Shown: piece by piece, positions 7,307 through 16,371 of the stretch
Position numbering within the stretch: the stretch's first letter is position 1
How the letters are laid out: every line of letters starts with the position of its first letter
From: a virus
Lineage: Duplodnaviria > Caudoviricetes
Virus record (IMG/VR): IMGVR_UViG_3300032269_000111
Coordinates: 1-25,949 of that record
Direction: 5' to 3' (one strand)
Length of the DNA stretch: 25,949 nt
Position numbers and translations under genes: made by a program
Notes under the pieces: model-generated
Database searches by the model: none
What the model was told of the DNA's origin: nothing
The model's input: only the letters and a program-made list of their open reading frames with translations

Positions 7307-7592
7307 AAAACACTTCAATGCCCACAACAGTACCAACGCTGGTTGTTAGATACAGCCCTGTAGTTGCCAAAATACCTTCACCGGGTATATTGATGCTAAA
7401 GTTCACGGGCGTGGTAACGCTGGCAATGTCCATCGTAAACAGCACAGCGCCAGTAGCGCTGCCATCACGAATCTCAAATGTTGCGGCTGTTGAAGCTTTG
7501 GGGCTGACCACAATACCTTTGAGGCGCGTACGACCCGTCATAAAAGAACCAGCGGCAGTTAAGTGCGCTGCTTTTACGTCTGTCTGTTGCAT
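7299..7592 (-). CDS. Small beta-rich putative virion protein
   Basis: AGGAG SD; RLKGI...IRDGSATG..LF...IPGEGIL...GLY pattern. Confidence 0.7.
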   Translation of the reverse strand: MQQTDVKAAHLTAAGSFMTGRTRLKGIVVSPKASTAATFEIRDGSATGAVLFTMDIASVTTPVNFSINIPGEGILATTGLYLTTSVGTVVGIEVFYG

Positions 7593-7607
7593 AATTAATC
7601 TCCTTTT

Positions 7608-7627
7608 AAAAAGGGGCCGAAGCCCCC
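7608..7627 (-). terminator. Intrinsic terminator with UUCG tetraloop
   Basis: Minus strand GGGGC-TTCG-GCCCC-TTTTT just after the stop of 7636..8160. Confidence 0.8.
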
Positions 7628-7635
7628 TAGATCAA

Positions 7636-8160
7636 TTAAGCAGATGCTGGGAACTGCAAACCAGTAGAGTCAGCAACGGTATAAATAATTGTGTATTGCA
7701 CCGTACCAGCAGTTACAGCAGCAACAGTTGGGGTCATTGTGGCAATAATTTTAACGTCTGTTGAACCAACACCAATGCCGTTAGGAGCCACAGTAGAAGC
7801 CGCACCAGCCCAGTTTGCAAGCTTAGAAGATGCGTTACTGATAGCGGCGCGTCCGGCAGAAGTTACATCTGTAGAAGCCCAGTACAAAGCGGCTGTAGTA
7901 CCGTCACCGATAGATACGTTTGCGGCAGTTGAGCCTGTAAACGCAACAAGAGTGTCAATGTGGATGAATTGAATTTGAGCGCCAGCAGGTAACACGCAGA
8001 TGGTGTCTGTAGTCGCAGAAGCGGCCTGACCTGTGTAGTTCTTTTTAAATGTTTGAGAAACGACGGTTGCGCCGCAGTTTTCAATAGTGCCAACAGTAGT
8101 GCCGGTTGTGTTTTTAACAGTACCCAACAACCAAGGGCCAAGGTGAGTTGCGAATCCCAT
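7636..8160 (-). CDS. Putative capsid decoration / minor structural protein
   Basis: Directly downstream of the capsid gene; THLGP N-terminus, LPAGAQI..I.ID...AF, TAGTV.YTI.Y beta-sandwich pattern; GGAG SD. Confidence 0.65.
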   Translation of the reverse strand: MGFATHLGPWLLGTVKNTTGTTVGTIENCGATVVSQTFKKNYTGQAASATTDTICVLPAGAQIQFIHIDTLVAFTGSTAANVSIGDGTTAALYWASTDVTSAGRAAISNASSKLANWAGAASTVAPNGIGVGSTDVKIIATMTPTVAAVTAGTVQYTIIYTVADSTGLQFPASA

Positions 8161-8167
8161 ATTTAAT

Positions 8168-8242
8168 TCTCCATGCGTTATAGCGTATCAATCTTGCATG
8201 TCAGTCAGCCGGGACTGTTTGATACGCCGGGTTTCCCGGAAT
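8168..8242 (-). ncRNA. Structured pseudoknotted RNA, probably the Mu-gpT-DE motif
   Basis: Stems: GCGTATCAA/TTGATACGC (8219-8227 with 8183-8191), inner CAGTC/GACTG, CATGC/GCATG pseudoknot (8196-8200 with 8172-8176), 5' CCGGG-AAA-CCCGG. It lies downstream of a Mu-gpT-like capsid gene, the context described for Mu-gpT-DE. Not verified against a covariance model. Confidence 0.65.
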
Positions 8243-8248
8243 GCGTCC

Positions 8249-8277
8249 AATATACACCATTTAAACAGTTACTACAA
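8249..8277 (-). promoter_or_regulatory. Sigma70-like promoter TTGTAG-N17-TATATT
   Basis: -35 at 8277-8272, -10 at 8254-8249, exactly 17-bp spacer; the start site would fall at the 5' end of the RNA element. Confidence 0.65.
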
Positions 8278-8288
8278 GAGTTTAAACA

Positions 8289-8317
8289 ATAAAAAAGGGA
8301 GCCGAGGCCCCCTTTTT
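8289..8317 (-). terminator. Intrinsic terminator after the major capsid gene
   Basis: AAAAA-GGGGGC-CTCG-GCTCCC-TTTTTTATT on the minus strand; A/T tracts on both sides suggest it is bidirectional. Confidence 0.85.
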
Positions 8318-8329
8318 CTTACCGCCTGA

Positions 8330-9241
8330 TTAGGACGAACCGGGAGAACCGAAGATTCCCAATGGATCAGACCAGCCAAAGCTGTAACGCTCGCGGGCTT
8401 TGTAACGGACGTTGCCGGTATCAAAGTCACCGTCCATGCTGTTAGCAAGGGGTGAACGAACGAAATGCTTCAGACCGTTAGGCACATCAGTAGTCAAATA
8501 CCAGCCGTTTGTGTCGGTCAGGTAATGGTTAATGGTGTAGCCTTCAGGGATAGAACCGTTGTTCTTCAACGCATTGATGTCGTTGTCGGTTGTACCAACA
8601 CGGAGGTTGGTTTCCAACAGGCGGGTAGCCACGAACTGCAATGCAGGGGGAACAATCAGCTTCTTAGGCTTAGCGGCGATCAACAAACCACGCTCGTCTG
8701 TCCAAGCGGCGATCTGAATGACTGCGTTTTCCAACGAAGTTTCATTCAAGTCAGCAGCAGTGGAGGGACGGTTGGAGTTGGTTCCACCAGAAACCAAGGG
8801 GTGAGCAGTGCTAAACAAAGCAACGCCGTCGCCGCCGGGATAAGCGGCAGAAAAGCCATTGTTGATGGTAGCAGCAGCTTTAACCTGCTTGGTATACGCC
8901 ATAGCACGAGCCAGACCTTTGGTGTAACGAGCAGACAAGCTGTCGTACAAGTTATCTTCAATCGCTTCTTCAGTGATTGAGAAACCCAAAGCAATGGTTT
9001 CATGGTTGTAGCGGGTAGTCCATGCCTCTTGAGCATTGTCATAAGCGATGGCAGAACCCTCGTTTTTGACAGGTGCGGCTGAGAAGCCAGACAGTTTGGT
9101 CTCTTCTTCAAAAGAACGCTCAGAAGTTTCGGTTTCGTACATCTCTTTATGTTCTTCACCATAACGAGCGTACTCCATGCCAAACAAAGCATTCAATCCG
9201 GGCAAGAGTTCTTTAAGTAGTTGTGCGCGTGAAATAGCCAT
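8330..9241 (-). CDS. Major capsid protein (Mu-like gpT family, HK97 fold)
   Basis: MAISRAQLLKELLPGLNALFG, TIALGFSITEEAIEDNLY, GDGVALFSTAHP, LIVPPALQF, DFDTGNVRYKARERYSFGWSDPLG; followed by a terminator. Confidence 0.92.
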   Translation of the reverse strand: MAISRAQLLKELLPGLNALFGMEYARYGEEHKEMYETETSERSFEEETKLSGFSAAPVKNEGSAIAYDNAQEAWTTRYNHETIALGFSITEEAIEDNLYDSLSARYTKGLARAMAYTKQVKAAATINNGFSAAYPGGDGVALFSTAHPLVSGGTNSNRPSTAADLNETSLENAVIQIAAWTDERGLLIAAKPKKLIVPPALQFVATRLLETNLRVGTTDNDINALKNNGSIPEGYTINHYLTDTNGWYLTTDVPNGLKHFVRSPLANSMDGDFDTGNVRYKARERYSFGWSDPLGIFGSPGSS

Positions 9242-9253
9242 TTAAGTAACTCC

Positions 9254-10075
9254 TTATGCGCCAGTGGCAGAATAGTAGCCGTGCAGACCTTGGTTCAACT
9301 TAACCAAGATTTCAGGATACTGGGTGAACACGATGGTCGAATTCAATGTAGCAACAGGAGCTTGGTCTAGTACAAACGATGTTGCACCAGCAGAAGCGGC
9401 AGTAGCTACAAAAGAATTACTGGCAACAAATTGACCATTTGCAGCAATCGAACCAACATCAGTACCAACCGGCAACGCGAACGGCAGAGCCGAACAGGTC
9501 ACAGTAGCAGTAGAAATGCTGCTATAAGTTGCAGTACCTAGCGAAACTGCGGTCTCTTGAACTAAACCAACCATGCGCAAAGGCAGAGTGGTGGTAACAG
9601 GAGTAGCAGAAGGAGCCAGAACAGCGTTAGCGGAGTTACCAGTAGTTGTGCTACCGGTGTTATTGATGGCTGACAGGTTAGTGCCAATCATCGCCATAGA
9701 GCCAGAAGCAATGGTAGTGCCAGAAGAACACACAACAGCTTTAAACACAGCATCAGGGTCATCAGATACATAGGCTTGGCAGTCGCCTGCGAGGGTGCTT
9801 GCGGGCCAGTATTGTGAAAACTGCTTTTGCTTAGTTGTGGGGTTGGTGAATGTGCAACCAAGGAAAATACCGACAGTCTGGTTCAAACTAGAGCCGGTAG
9901 AAACGGAAGCCCTTTGGAGGCGACCACGGGATAAAACAACAAAGTCACCATAGAAGATGTCGGTTGCATAACCGTATTGGATAGGATACATGCGGGTAGA
10001 ACCTGCAAATACTTGACCACCAATTAGGTTTTGCGCCAACAGCCCGTATGGAGCTGATACGACGGGATAAGCCAT
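9254..10075 (-). CDS. Head-associated structural protein (cement/decoration-like)
   Basis: APYGL, IFYGD.V, VGIFLGC.F, AYVSDDPDAVF motifs; immediately upstream of the capsid gene; AAGGAG SD. Confidence 0.65.
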   Translation of the reverse strand: MAYPVVSAPYGLLAQNLIGGQVFAGSTRMYPIQYGYATDIFYGDFVVLSRGRLQRASVSTGSSLNQTVGIFLGCTFTNPTTKQKQFSQYWPASTLAGDCQAYVSDDPDAVFKAVVCSSGTTIASGSMAMIGTNLSAINNTGSTTTGNSANAVLAPSATPVTTTLPLRMVGLVQETAVSLGTATYSSISTATVTCSALPFALPVGTDVGSIAANGQFVASNSFVATAASAGATSFVLDQAPVATLNSTIVFTQYPEILVKLNQGLHGYYSATGA

Positions 10076-10097
10076 TTAAGACTCCTTTTAAAAAAAT

Positions 10098-10577
10098 TTA
10101 AGTACCTGTGCCAAATGTTACTTTTGACGAGCGTTCCGCGAACTTTGACATCCGTGGATCGTTGTCTTTCATGTAGGTGTTGTCTACCGACTCCATCTGC
10201 GCTTTGTTCTGGCGGGAGAAATGAGCCTCCCTTTGATCCATAAACTCAGCAGGAATTCGGCAAAGAATCAACCCACCAACTTCAATGTTGCCTTTGAAGC
10301 GCCCCTCATGGGAAGCATGCATCATCAGCTCCGGATACTCATCTGCCTTGCAGGGTTCGTACCCTTCTCTAAATTTAGATGAAATGTTCGATGGATCACT
10401 TGTTCCCAGTGTGCTGGTTCTTACCCAACGATGTGACCAACCGGGCCGATCATCGGGAGAGGGGAGGGCATCGGGTAAACGCCACGATGTTGGTCGTTGC
10501 ATTTCTTGACGAGCCTCAAGCTCACGGGGCTTGCGATTTGTCTTGTCAGACACTTGTACTTGATCCATGTTAAGCAT
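10098..10577 (-). CDS. Head-module hypothetical protein
   Basis: W..P..LPSP..RPGW.HRWVR...REGYEP...IEVGGLILCRIP; sits between scaffold and capsid genes; true start may be 10568. Confidence 0.8.
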   Translation of the reverse strand: MLNMDQVQVSDKTNRKPRELEARQEMQRPTSWRLPDALPSPDDRPGWSHRWVRTSTLGTSDPSNISSKFREGYEPCKADEYPELMMHASHEGRFKGNIEVGGLILCRIPAEFMDQREAHFSRQNKAQMESVDNTYMKDNDPRMSKFAERSSKVTFGTGT

Positions 10578-11535
10578 TCCTTCTTAAATTTGCTACCGCT
10601 TTCGCATACTCGTCTATAGGCACATTAAGCCGACGCGCAATGGTGGCTTGAGATGCTGATAGTTTTATGCGGACGGGAGGGGTGCTACGTGTAGCTGGAG
10701 CTACGACGGAAGCGGGTTTGGCGCGGCGAGGTGTTTCCTCATCCGATTCTGATGACTTATAAGAGGTGTCATCGTCCTCATGGCGCTGAGAATTAAAGTT
10801 CTCAGGAAATCTTTTGCGCATCGTTTTATCGATGGTTTGGAAGTACTCTTCAGTACCTGCATAGTCGTCACCATATTCCTTTTTCAGTTTCCTGTCAAGA
10901 CCCATAGCTGCCATTGTCATTTCTTCGTCTGAACCAAACCACGTAGAGTTGGCCTCAACCCATCGCTGGGTTCTAGGAGAAATATTTTGAGCGGGCTGTT
11001 GTGGAGCAGGTCTAAAAATTTCAGGCTCTTCAACTGGGCGCATTTGTTCTGCCCGGTCAATCCTGAGTGTTGCTTTTGTGATTTCCATTTGAGCGTCAGC
11101 CACGCCGTCAGAGTCGCCCGATTCATAGGCTTCCTTGTAGCGCTTCTTAGCTGCGTCTAGGGCCATGTGGGCGGTAGACTTGTTTTGCTCAATGAAAACT
11201 TCGCTGCCGTACTTGAGTTGCCCTTTTAAACGCTTGTTTTCCTCATAAACCTGCGATGCAAACTCTTCTGCCGCCAACCGTTCGCGCTCAGATCTCTCTT
11301 TGGCTCTGCGTTCATCGTGGTAACCACGCTTTAATTTTCCGACGCGTTCTTGTACATCTTTGCTGTACTGGGAAAGCTCTTCATCTTCTGGATCATTTAT
11401 AGGGCCAGAACTCTTCCTACCCCTATCTGCTGCCGGGGTGTCGTCTTCAATTTCTACCTCAAATTTTTCTTCCGAGGCTTTGGCTTCCTTTTCATCAGGA
11501 AACTCGTATGTATCGTTTTCAATTTGTGTTGCCAT
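10570..11535 (-). CDS. Putative capsid scaffolding protein
   Basis: Acidic N-terminus, long coiled coil, W...N.WFG, C-terminal KLSASQATIARRLNVPIDEYAK; lies between portal and capsid genes. Confidence 0.75.
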   Translation of the reverse strand: MATQIENDTYEFPDEKEAKASEEKFEVEIEDDTPAADRGRKSSGPINDPEDEELSQYSKDVQERVGKLKRGYHDERRAKERSERERLAAEEFASQVYEENKRLKGQLKYGSEVFIEQNKSTAHMALDAAKKRYKEAYESGDSDGVADAQMEITKATLRIDRAEQMRPVEEPEIFRPAPQQPAQNISPRTQRWVEANSTWFGSDEEMTMAAMGLDRKLKKEYGDDYAGTEEYFQTIDKTMRKRFPENFNSQRHEDDDTSYKSSESDEETPRRAKPASVVAPATRSTPPVRIKLSASQATIARRLNVPIDEYAKAVANLRRNA

Positions 11536-11545
11536 GTATTACTCC

Positions 11546-11956
11546 TTATGCTGCACGAGTGATGCCCCTTGGGTCTTCCACAACCGCTTCAACCGAATCA
11601 TCATTGATGAGGCGGAATTCACGACCGTGAATCTTCAGGCGGGTTCCTGAATTGGGTCGGACGATGACAAAGTCACCAACCTTGCAGCGAGGTCCTGATG
11701 GAAACCTAGCTGTGTCCTTATAAGCTTCTGGGCCGAGCTTTACGACAAAAAGCACAGGGGTCAGAATCTCTTCTTTCCAAATTGCTTGGGTGGACTTAAC
11801 AATCCCAATATCGCTATCTGCATACTCTTCCATTGCTTCAGGAACAACTGTAAGAAGCATAAAACCCGTGGGTTCAGGTAGTTGTTTGGCTTTTTGTTCA
11901 GCGGATGTGTTCAAAATGCCAGACAGATCAACTGCCTCAACATCAAATTCAGTCAT
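11546..11956 (-). CDS. groES: GroES-like co-chaperonin
   Basis: P.G..LL, mobile-loop GIV, VVKLGPEAY, CKVGDFV, GTRLKIHGREFRLINDDSVEAVV; ATG at 11956 with GGAG SD. Confidence 0.8.
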   Translation of the reverse strand: MTEFDVEAVDLSGILNTSAEQKAKQLPEPTGFMLLTVVPEAMEEYADSDIGIVKSTQAIWKEEILTPVLFVVKLGPEAYKDTARFPSGPRCKVGDFVIVRPNSGTRLKIHGREFRLINDDSVEAVVEDPRGITRAA

Positions 11957-12146
11957 CGGAATACTCCATTTTTTTCGCAAGGTCGGATATAAAACCATCT
12001 GCGTGACCAAGACCTCGAATCACCCCGCAAACGTGCCGATACTCGGCAAAATCAGTCAGTCTTCCGCTGGCTAGGAAATCCACTTGCTCTTGTCGGATCT
12101 TGTCTAGCTCAGTTCGCACGTGCTGTAAGACACGAGTTGCATCCAT
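11949..12146 (-). CDS. Small helical hypothetical protein
   Basis: L.SG...DFAEYRHVCGVIRGL; packed between portal and groES. Confidence 0.8.
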   Translation of the reverse strand: MDATRVLQHVRTELDKIRQEQVDFLASGRLTDFAEYRHVCGVIRGLGHADGFISDLAKKMEYSDD

Positions 12147-12148
12147 AC

Positions 12149-14623
12149 TTAACCTTTCTTAGGTTTGTTAGAAAATTGTTGCGACGCTATTTGGGATCGA
12201 TGTTTGGCTATTTCCACACCTAAGCGGGATCCATCCAATTCCATTTGTTTGTTTAAACGATCCTTGCTCTCAGCAGCTTTTGCCGATACTTGCATAGCAG
12301 CAATCTCTTTTTGAGCCTCAATACGAGACTGTTCAACGCGGATCTGATCGGCTTTGGCTGCTGCATCAATCTGTTGTTTTTGCTGCTTAAGCTGCAATTC
12401 GCCTTGCTTGATCTGAAGCTCTTGCATTTGCATCTGAACAATAGGATCTTGCATTTGTTGCTGAGCTTGTTGCTGTTGAGCCTGCTGGCTGTTTTGCTGG
12501 AAAATTTGCTGGGCTGCCTGTGCCGCCATAATGGCGATGTGATCTGCCACTTCCGCAGGGACTTGCTTGTTCTGATCTTCGGTTGGCAAGACAATTCCCA
12601 TGCGTTTTTCAATCTCAAGTCGGTACTGAAACCCGGTATGTTCATTAATGTGCGCAAGCATTGCAGCTTGAATCATTTGCGCTTGGGGGTTTTGAGCAAT
12701 GATTTGTGCAATCTTGGGATCTTGGATTGCCATCATGTGAACTTGGATGTGTGCTTCGTGATTTTGTTCCACGAAAGCCTTTACGCCTTTGCCCGTCAAA
12801 ACGTTTTGGTTTTCCTGAACCGGGTCGGTAGGAACTTGATCCTCTTCTGTCTTGACAAGCTTATTGGCATTTTTAATACCAAGGACCTCAATCATTTGAC
12901 GGTGCAACAAAGGCATGTCATACAACTGGGGTGCGCTTTGGGCTAACTGAAGAACCGCCTGATATTGAACAATCTTCTGCGCCATTGTTGAGGCATTGGG
13001 ATCGCTGACAGGTATAACATCTGTGCTGTCGTAATCAGATTTGCGGGCGGCTCGACTACCTTCTTCTGGCTGATAGTCATAATCTTCAGGCGCATAGTCA
13101 GCAATAATTACCTTTAAAAGCTTGAACTCTTGCTTCATTGAGAAGTGCATACGGGACTGAACTGCGCCCATAACTTTCAATGTTCTTTCCAGAATTGCCA
13201 GAGTTGTGCCTACAGGAGCCTGCGCAGACATGTCGGAGACATTCATATCCCCGCCGTTAGCAAAAGCTCGGCCTTCTTCTACGATATTTTGGAATAAAGC
13301 AAACAGAACCTGACTTGGTTCTTTGTAAGGCAGCGGCAGGATATTGTCTCGGATACTGCCGGACGGAACATCTACGTCTCTGAACTCTCCGGGTTGAATC
13401 GGCGTGTCATCGCCTTTGATGCGTAGACCGCGAGACTTAAGGCCCCCGGGTAAATTCGATAATGTTCCTGCGTCCACGAGTTGCCTAATAAGCATCGTAG
13501 CGGACTTTGCGTAACCTCCGATAAGGTGGATAAGACCATAACCATAGAATCCATCACCGGGGATGTATTGGTAATGGACGAAGTGCTGTCGTTTAATGTG
13601 AAGTTCATCTCCTTCATACCAATTTCTCCTTATTGAAAGAATTTCTGCGGTGCTTTTCTCAACTGTGATGACATAGGGCAAAGCAATACCTGTCTTCTCA
13701 CCCTTATCGTTTTTATGTTCAAAGCCCTTTAGGTCAATGTCTACGTGCATTTCAAGGATGCGATAGCGATCATCTTGAATAGCAGACATTCCGCTTTCTT
13801 CTGATTTCTGCTTTTCAATATCGTCAAGCTCATAGCCGGGGTCGCCAAGATCAACGTCTAGGTAAAAACCCGACTCCTGAAGCTTTAGAACTTCGTTCTT
13901 AGTCTTGCGCATTACATGGGTAACACGCTCTGAAGACTCAATATCCCTTGCGCCATAAGGAACAACTAAGTCCTCTGCGGGGATGAACACAGCCATCTGA
14001 CGGCCTCTTGATGGGTCGTAGTAAACCTTTTTAAAGGCCGAGCCGGTAATAGGCAAAGACCACAGCAGTTTTTCATGCTCGGGACGGTATTCAGTCATTA
14101 CTTCCGTCAACTGATAGTTCATGTCTTCCTGAACTCTTTGCGCAGCTTCTTCAGTCTGTGGAGTTTCTTTACCAATAATTTTTGTCTTTACAGGCCCCAT
14201 AGCTGGGAATGTCTCTGTAATACCTTCTGACTGAAACCTGACAACAGACTCGGTCAGCATTGGGTGAAATACACCGCAGGCTCCTTGCCAAGGTTCTGTA
14301 CGCTCTTCATAGCGTAGACCCAGAAGTTTTAAGCCTTCAACGTAGGTTTGAATCCAATCTCTGCGGTCTCGGGTATCTTTTTCAAAATCATCAACCAAGT
14401 CTGATGCCAAAGAATCAATATCAGATTCATCCATGTACTCTGCAAGATTTGCATCAAATGTTTCAGAGGTCTCCTCCTCTGGCTCCATGTAAATTTCAAG
14501 ATCTCCAATCCCAATATGCACCGACTTGGGATCCTCAATCTCAATCTCAATTGGAGATTCCATGCCTTGATCCATACCAAGAGGAGCTGCGTACAAACCC
14601 TTATCCATTGAACTTGTTGCCAT
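12149..14623 (-). CDS. Portal protein (long, P22-like, Gln-rich C-terminal coiled coil)
   Basis: 824 aa directly after terL; PWQGACGVFHP, GSAFKKVYYD, FYGYGLIHLIGG, QLVDAGTLSNLP; Q-rich tail. Confidence 0.88.
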   Translation of the reverse strand: MATSSMDKGLYAAPLGMDQGMESPIEIEIEDPKSVHIGIGDLEIYMEPEEETSETFDANLAEYMDESDIDSLASDLVDDFEKDTRDRRDWIQTYVEGLKLLGLRYEERTEPWQGACGVFHPMLTESVVRFQSEGITETFPAMGPVKTKIIGKETPQTEEAAQRVQEDMNYQLTEVMTEYRPEHEKLLWSLPITGSAFKKVYYDPSRGRQMAVFIPAEDLVVPYGARDIESSERVTHVMRKTKNEVLKLQESGFYLDVDLGDPGYELDDIEKQKSEESGMSAIQDDRYRILEMHVDIDLKGFEHKNDKGEKTGIALPYVITVEKSTAEILSIRRNWYEGDELHIKRQHFVHYQYIPGDGFYGYGLIHLIGGYAKSATMLIRQLVDAGTLSNLPGGLKSRGLRIKGDDTPIQPGEFRDVDVPSGSIRDNILPLPYKEPSQVLFALFQNIVEEGRAFANGGDMNVSDMSAQAPVGTTLAILERTLKVMGAVQSRMHFSMKQEFKLLKVIIADYAPEDYDYQPEEGSRAARKSDYDSTDVIPVSDPNASTMAQKIVQYQAVLQLAQSAPQLYDMPLLHRQMIEVLGIKNANKLVKTEEDQVPTDPVQENQNVLTGKGVKAFVEQNHEAHIQVHMMAIQDPKIAQIIAQNPQAQMIQAAMLAHINEHTGFQYRLEIEKRMGIVLPTEDQNKQVPAEVADHIAIMAAQAAQQIFQQNSQQAQQQQAQQQMQDPIVQMQMQELQIKQGELQLKQQKQQIDAAAKADQIRVEQSRIEAQKEIAAMQVSAKAAESKDRLNKQMELDGSRLGVEIAKHRSQIASQQFSNKPKKG

Positions 14624-14632
14624 TTTTAATCC

Positions 14633-16144
14633 TTAAACTGTGTAATACCGTTCGGTTCTACGGCCTTTGAAGTACCTAACTTCTTCCTGCTCATCTGAAT
14701 CTATTCCAATAAATCCGCCCTGCCGGTATCGAATCAATGCCTGACTTGTTGAGTCAACAAGGTCATCGTTGTCGCCATAGGGAAAAGCTGCAAGTTCTTC
14801 CATCAACTCATCAGCCCAGCGGGTTTCTGGACACCAGACCACGCCAGATGCAAACAGGTCTGATATTGCGTTTACACGCGCTATCTTATCGTTTCCTTTG
14901 CTTGGTGTGAACTCTTGTAAAGGGATTCCCATCATCCGAAGCTCATATATCAACGGAGCGCCAGCGGCTTTCTTCTCAATAATCAATGTGTCCGGATTCC
15001 ATTCTTTCCACATCTCCAAAGCTTTCTGTTTTAGCTCTGGAAACTCCATACGCTGTTTAAACGAATCCAAGACAATGATGTTGGGCTTCAAATTACCCTG
15101 CGCATCAGGATGCTGAAACACTCCCCACGTGGTGCAAGCTGAATAATCTGCGCGGTTATTCTTTTCAAAGGCGGTATCCCAGCTTTGGATTAAGTAATCA
15201 CAGGAAGGTGGAGTCTCTTCGGTCCAAATACTCCACATATCACGCTTAATGATGGCGCTTTCGTTGCCTGTTGGGTTTTGTTGGTACTGCGCTTCCCATT
15301 TAGCGGCAGGAATCTCAGCTTTAATTGCTTCAAGCTCTTCTTTTTTCCAGAATCCGGGCCATAAAGGAGTTCCAGAAGGCAAAATTGCAGGAAATTCAAT
15401 GATTTCCCAGTCGTTTACACCTTCTTTTTCAGAATTCTTAAGGATCTGCCCGGTCAGATCTCGTTTAGACCAACGAGTCATCACAATAATAATGGCTCCA
15501 CCGGGCTGTAGACGCTGGCGAGGGCCAGATGTGTACCACTCATACACACCATCAAACACTGCGGGGTTGTTTTGTCTTGCTTCTTGCTCAGAATGAGGAT
15601 CGTCAATGATTAATACATCTGCGCCTTTACCAGTAACAGCGCCACCAACACCAATAGCAAAGTAATCTCCACCTGCGTCGGTGTTCCATCGTCCTGCGGC
15701 CTTTGAATCGGACGATAACTTTGTATCAAAGATCTTTGAATACGCCTCAGACGAAACAAGATTCCTAACCTTGCGTCCAAATCCAACAGCCAACTCTGCG
15801 GTGTGGGCAGTCTGAATGATCTTCTTTGCAGGGTTTTTACCTAAGAACCATGATGGCAACAGATATGACGCAAACTCTGATTTTGTATGCCGGGGAGGCA
15901 TGTTTATGATCAAACGCTTAAGATCCCCAGAAGCAACACGCTCAAAAGCATCTGCCATGATCTGATGGTGTTTACCCGAAATAAACCCGGGCCACATCTG
16001 CGTAACAAAGTATAGGTAGTTCTCCCTACAACGCTCAACCCTATCTAGTTCCAACAACCTGTACACCTTGTTTCTTTCAGCTTCAGGCAATGTATCTACT
16101 ATGGACAAATACTCTCCTATTTCTGACTTAGTCAACAAAGTCAC
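14633..16144 (-). CDS. terL: Terminase large subunit
   Basis: Walker A-like MPPRHTKS, Walker B IIDDP, coupling motif MTRW, YQQNP, RNase H-like nuclease SWDTA...IEKKAAG...DDLVDS. Confidence 0.95.
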   Translation of the reverse strand: MTLLTKSEIGEYLSIVDTLPEAERNKVYRLLELDRVERCRENYLYFVTQMWPGFISGKHHQIMADAFERVASGDLKRLIINMPPRHTKSEFASYLLPSWFLGKNPAKKIIQTAHTAELAVGFGRKVRNLVSSEAYSKIFDTKLSSDSKAAGRWNTDAGGDYFAIGVGGAVTGKGADVLIIDDPHSEQEARQNNPAVFDGVYEWYTSGPRQRLQPGGAIIIVMTRWSKRDLTGQILKNSEKEGVNDWEIIEFPAILPSGTPLWPGFWKKEELEAIKAEIPAAKWEAQYQQNPTGNESAIIKRDMWSIWTEETPPSCDYLIQSWDTAFEKNNRADYSACTTWGVFQHPDAQGNLKPNIIVLDSFKQRMEFPELKQKALEMWKEWNPDTLIIEKKAAGAPLIYELRMMGIPLQEFTPSKGNDKIARVNAISDLFASGVVWCPETRWADELMEELAAFPYGDNDDLVDSTSQALIRYRQGGFIGIDSDEQEEVRYFKGRRTERYYTV

Positions 16145-16371
16145 AAGGAAGCCATTTCTTTAACACTGCGATCCACAATCTTTATCGAATGGAACTTATG
16201 TGGCTTAGTCGTCAAGAATCCATCAGATTGCAATCTATGGATGATCCTATGGATATTAGCTTTTGACTTCATACCAAGACCTTTGGCAATAACTTCGTAA
16301 GACGGAGCTATGCCGTGAATACGTATGTAAGCCTTAATGAAATCTAAAACAAGTTGTCTGCGTTCAGTCAT
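16141..16371 (-). CDS. Stand-alone LexA N-terminal-type winged-HTH protein (no peptidase domain)
   Basis: MTERRQLVLDFIKAYI..HG.APSY..IA..LG.KSKANIHRII..L...GFL is the LexA DNA-binding pattern; GTGA overlap with terL. Confidence 0.8.
   Translation of the reverse strand: MTERRQLVLDFIKAYIRIHGIAPSYEVIAKGLGMKSKANIHRIIHRLQSDGFLTTKPHKFHSIKIVDRSVKEMASL

Noticed and set aside
12253-12946. Long alternative-frame ORFs within the portal gene
   Set aside because: By-products of the Gln-rich CAG/CAA coiled-coil region; no start signals.
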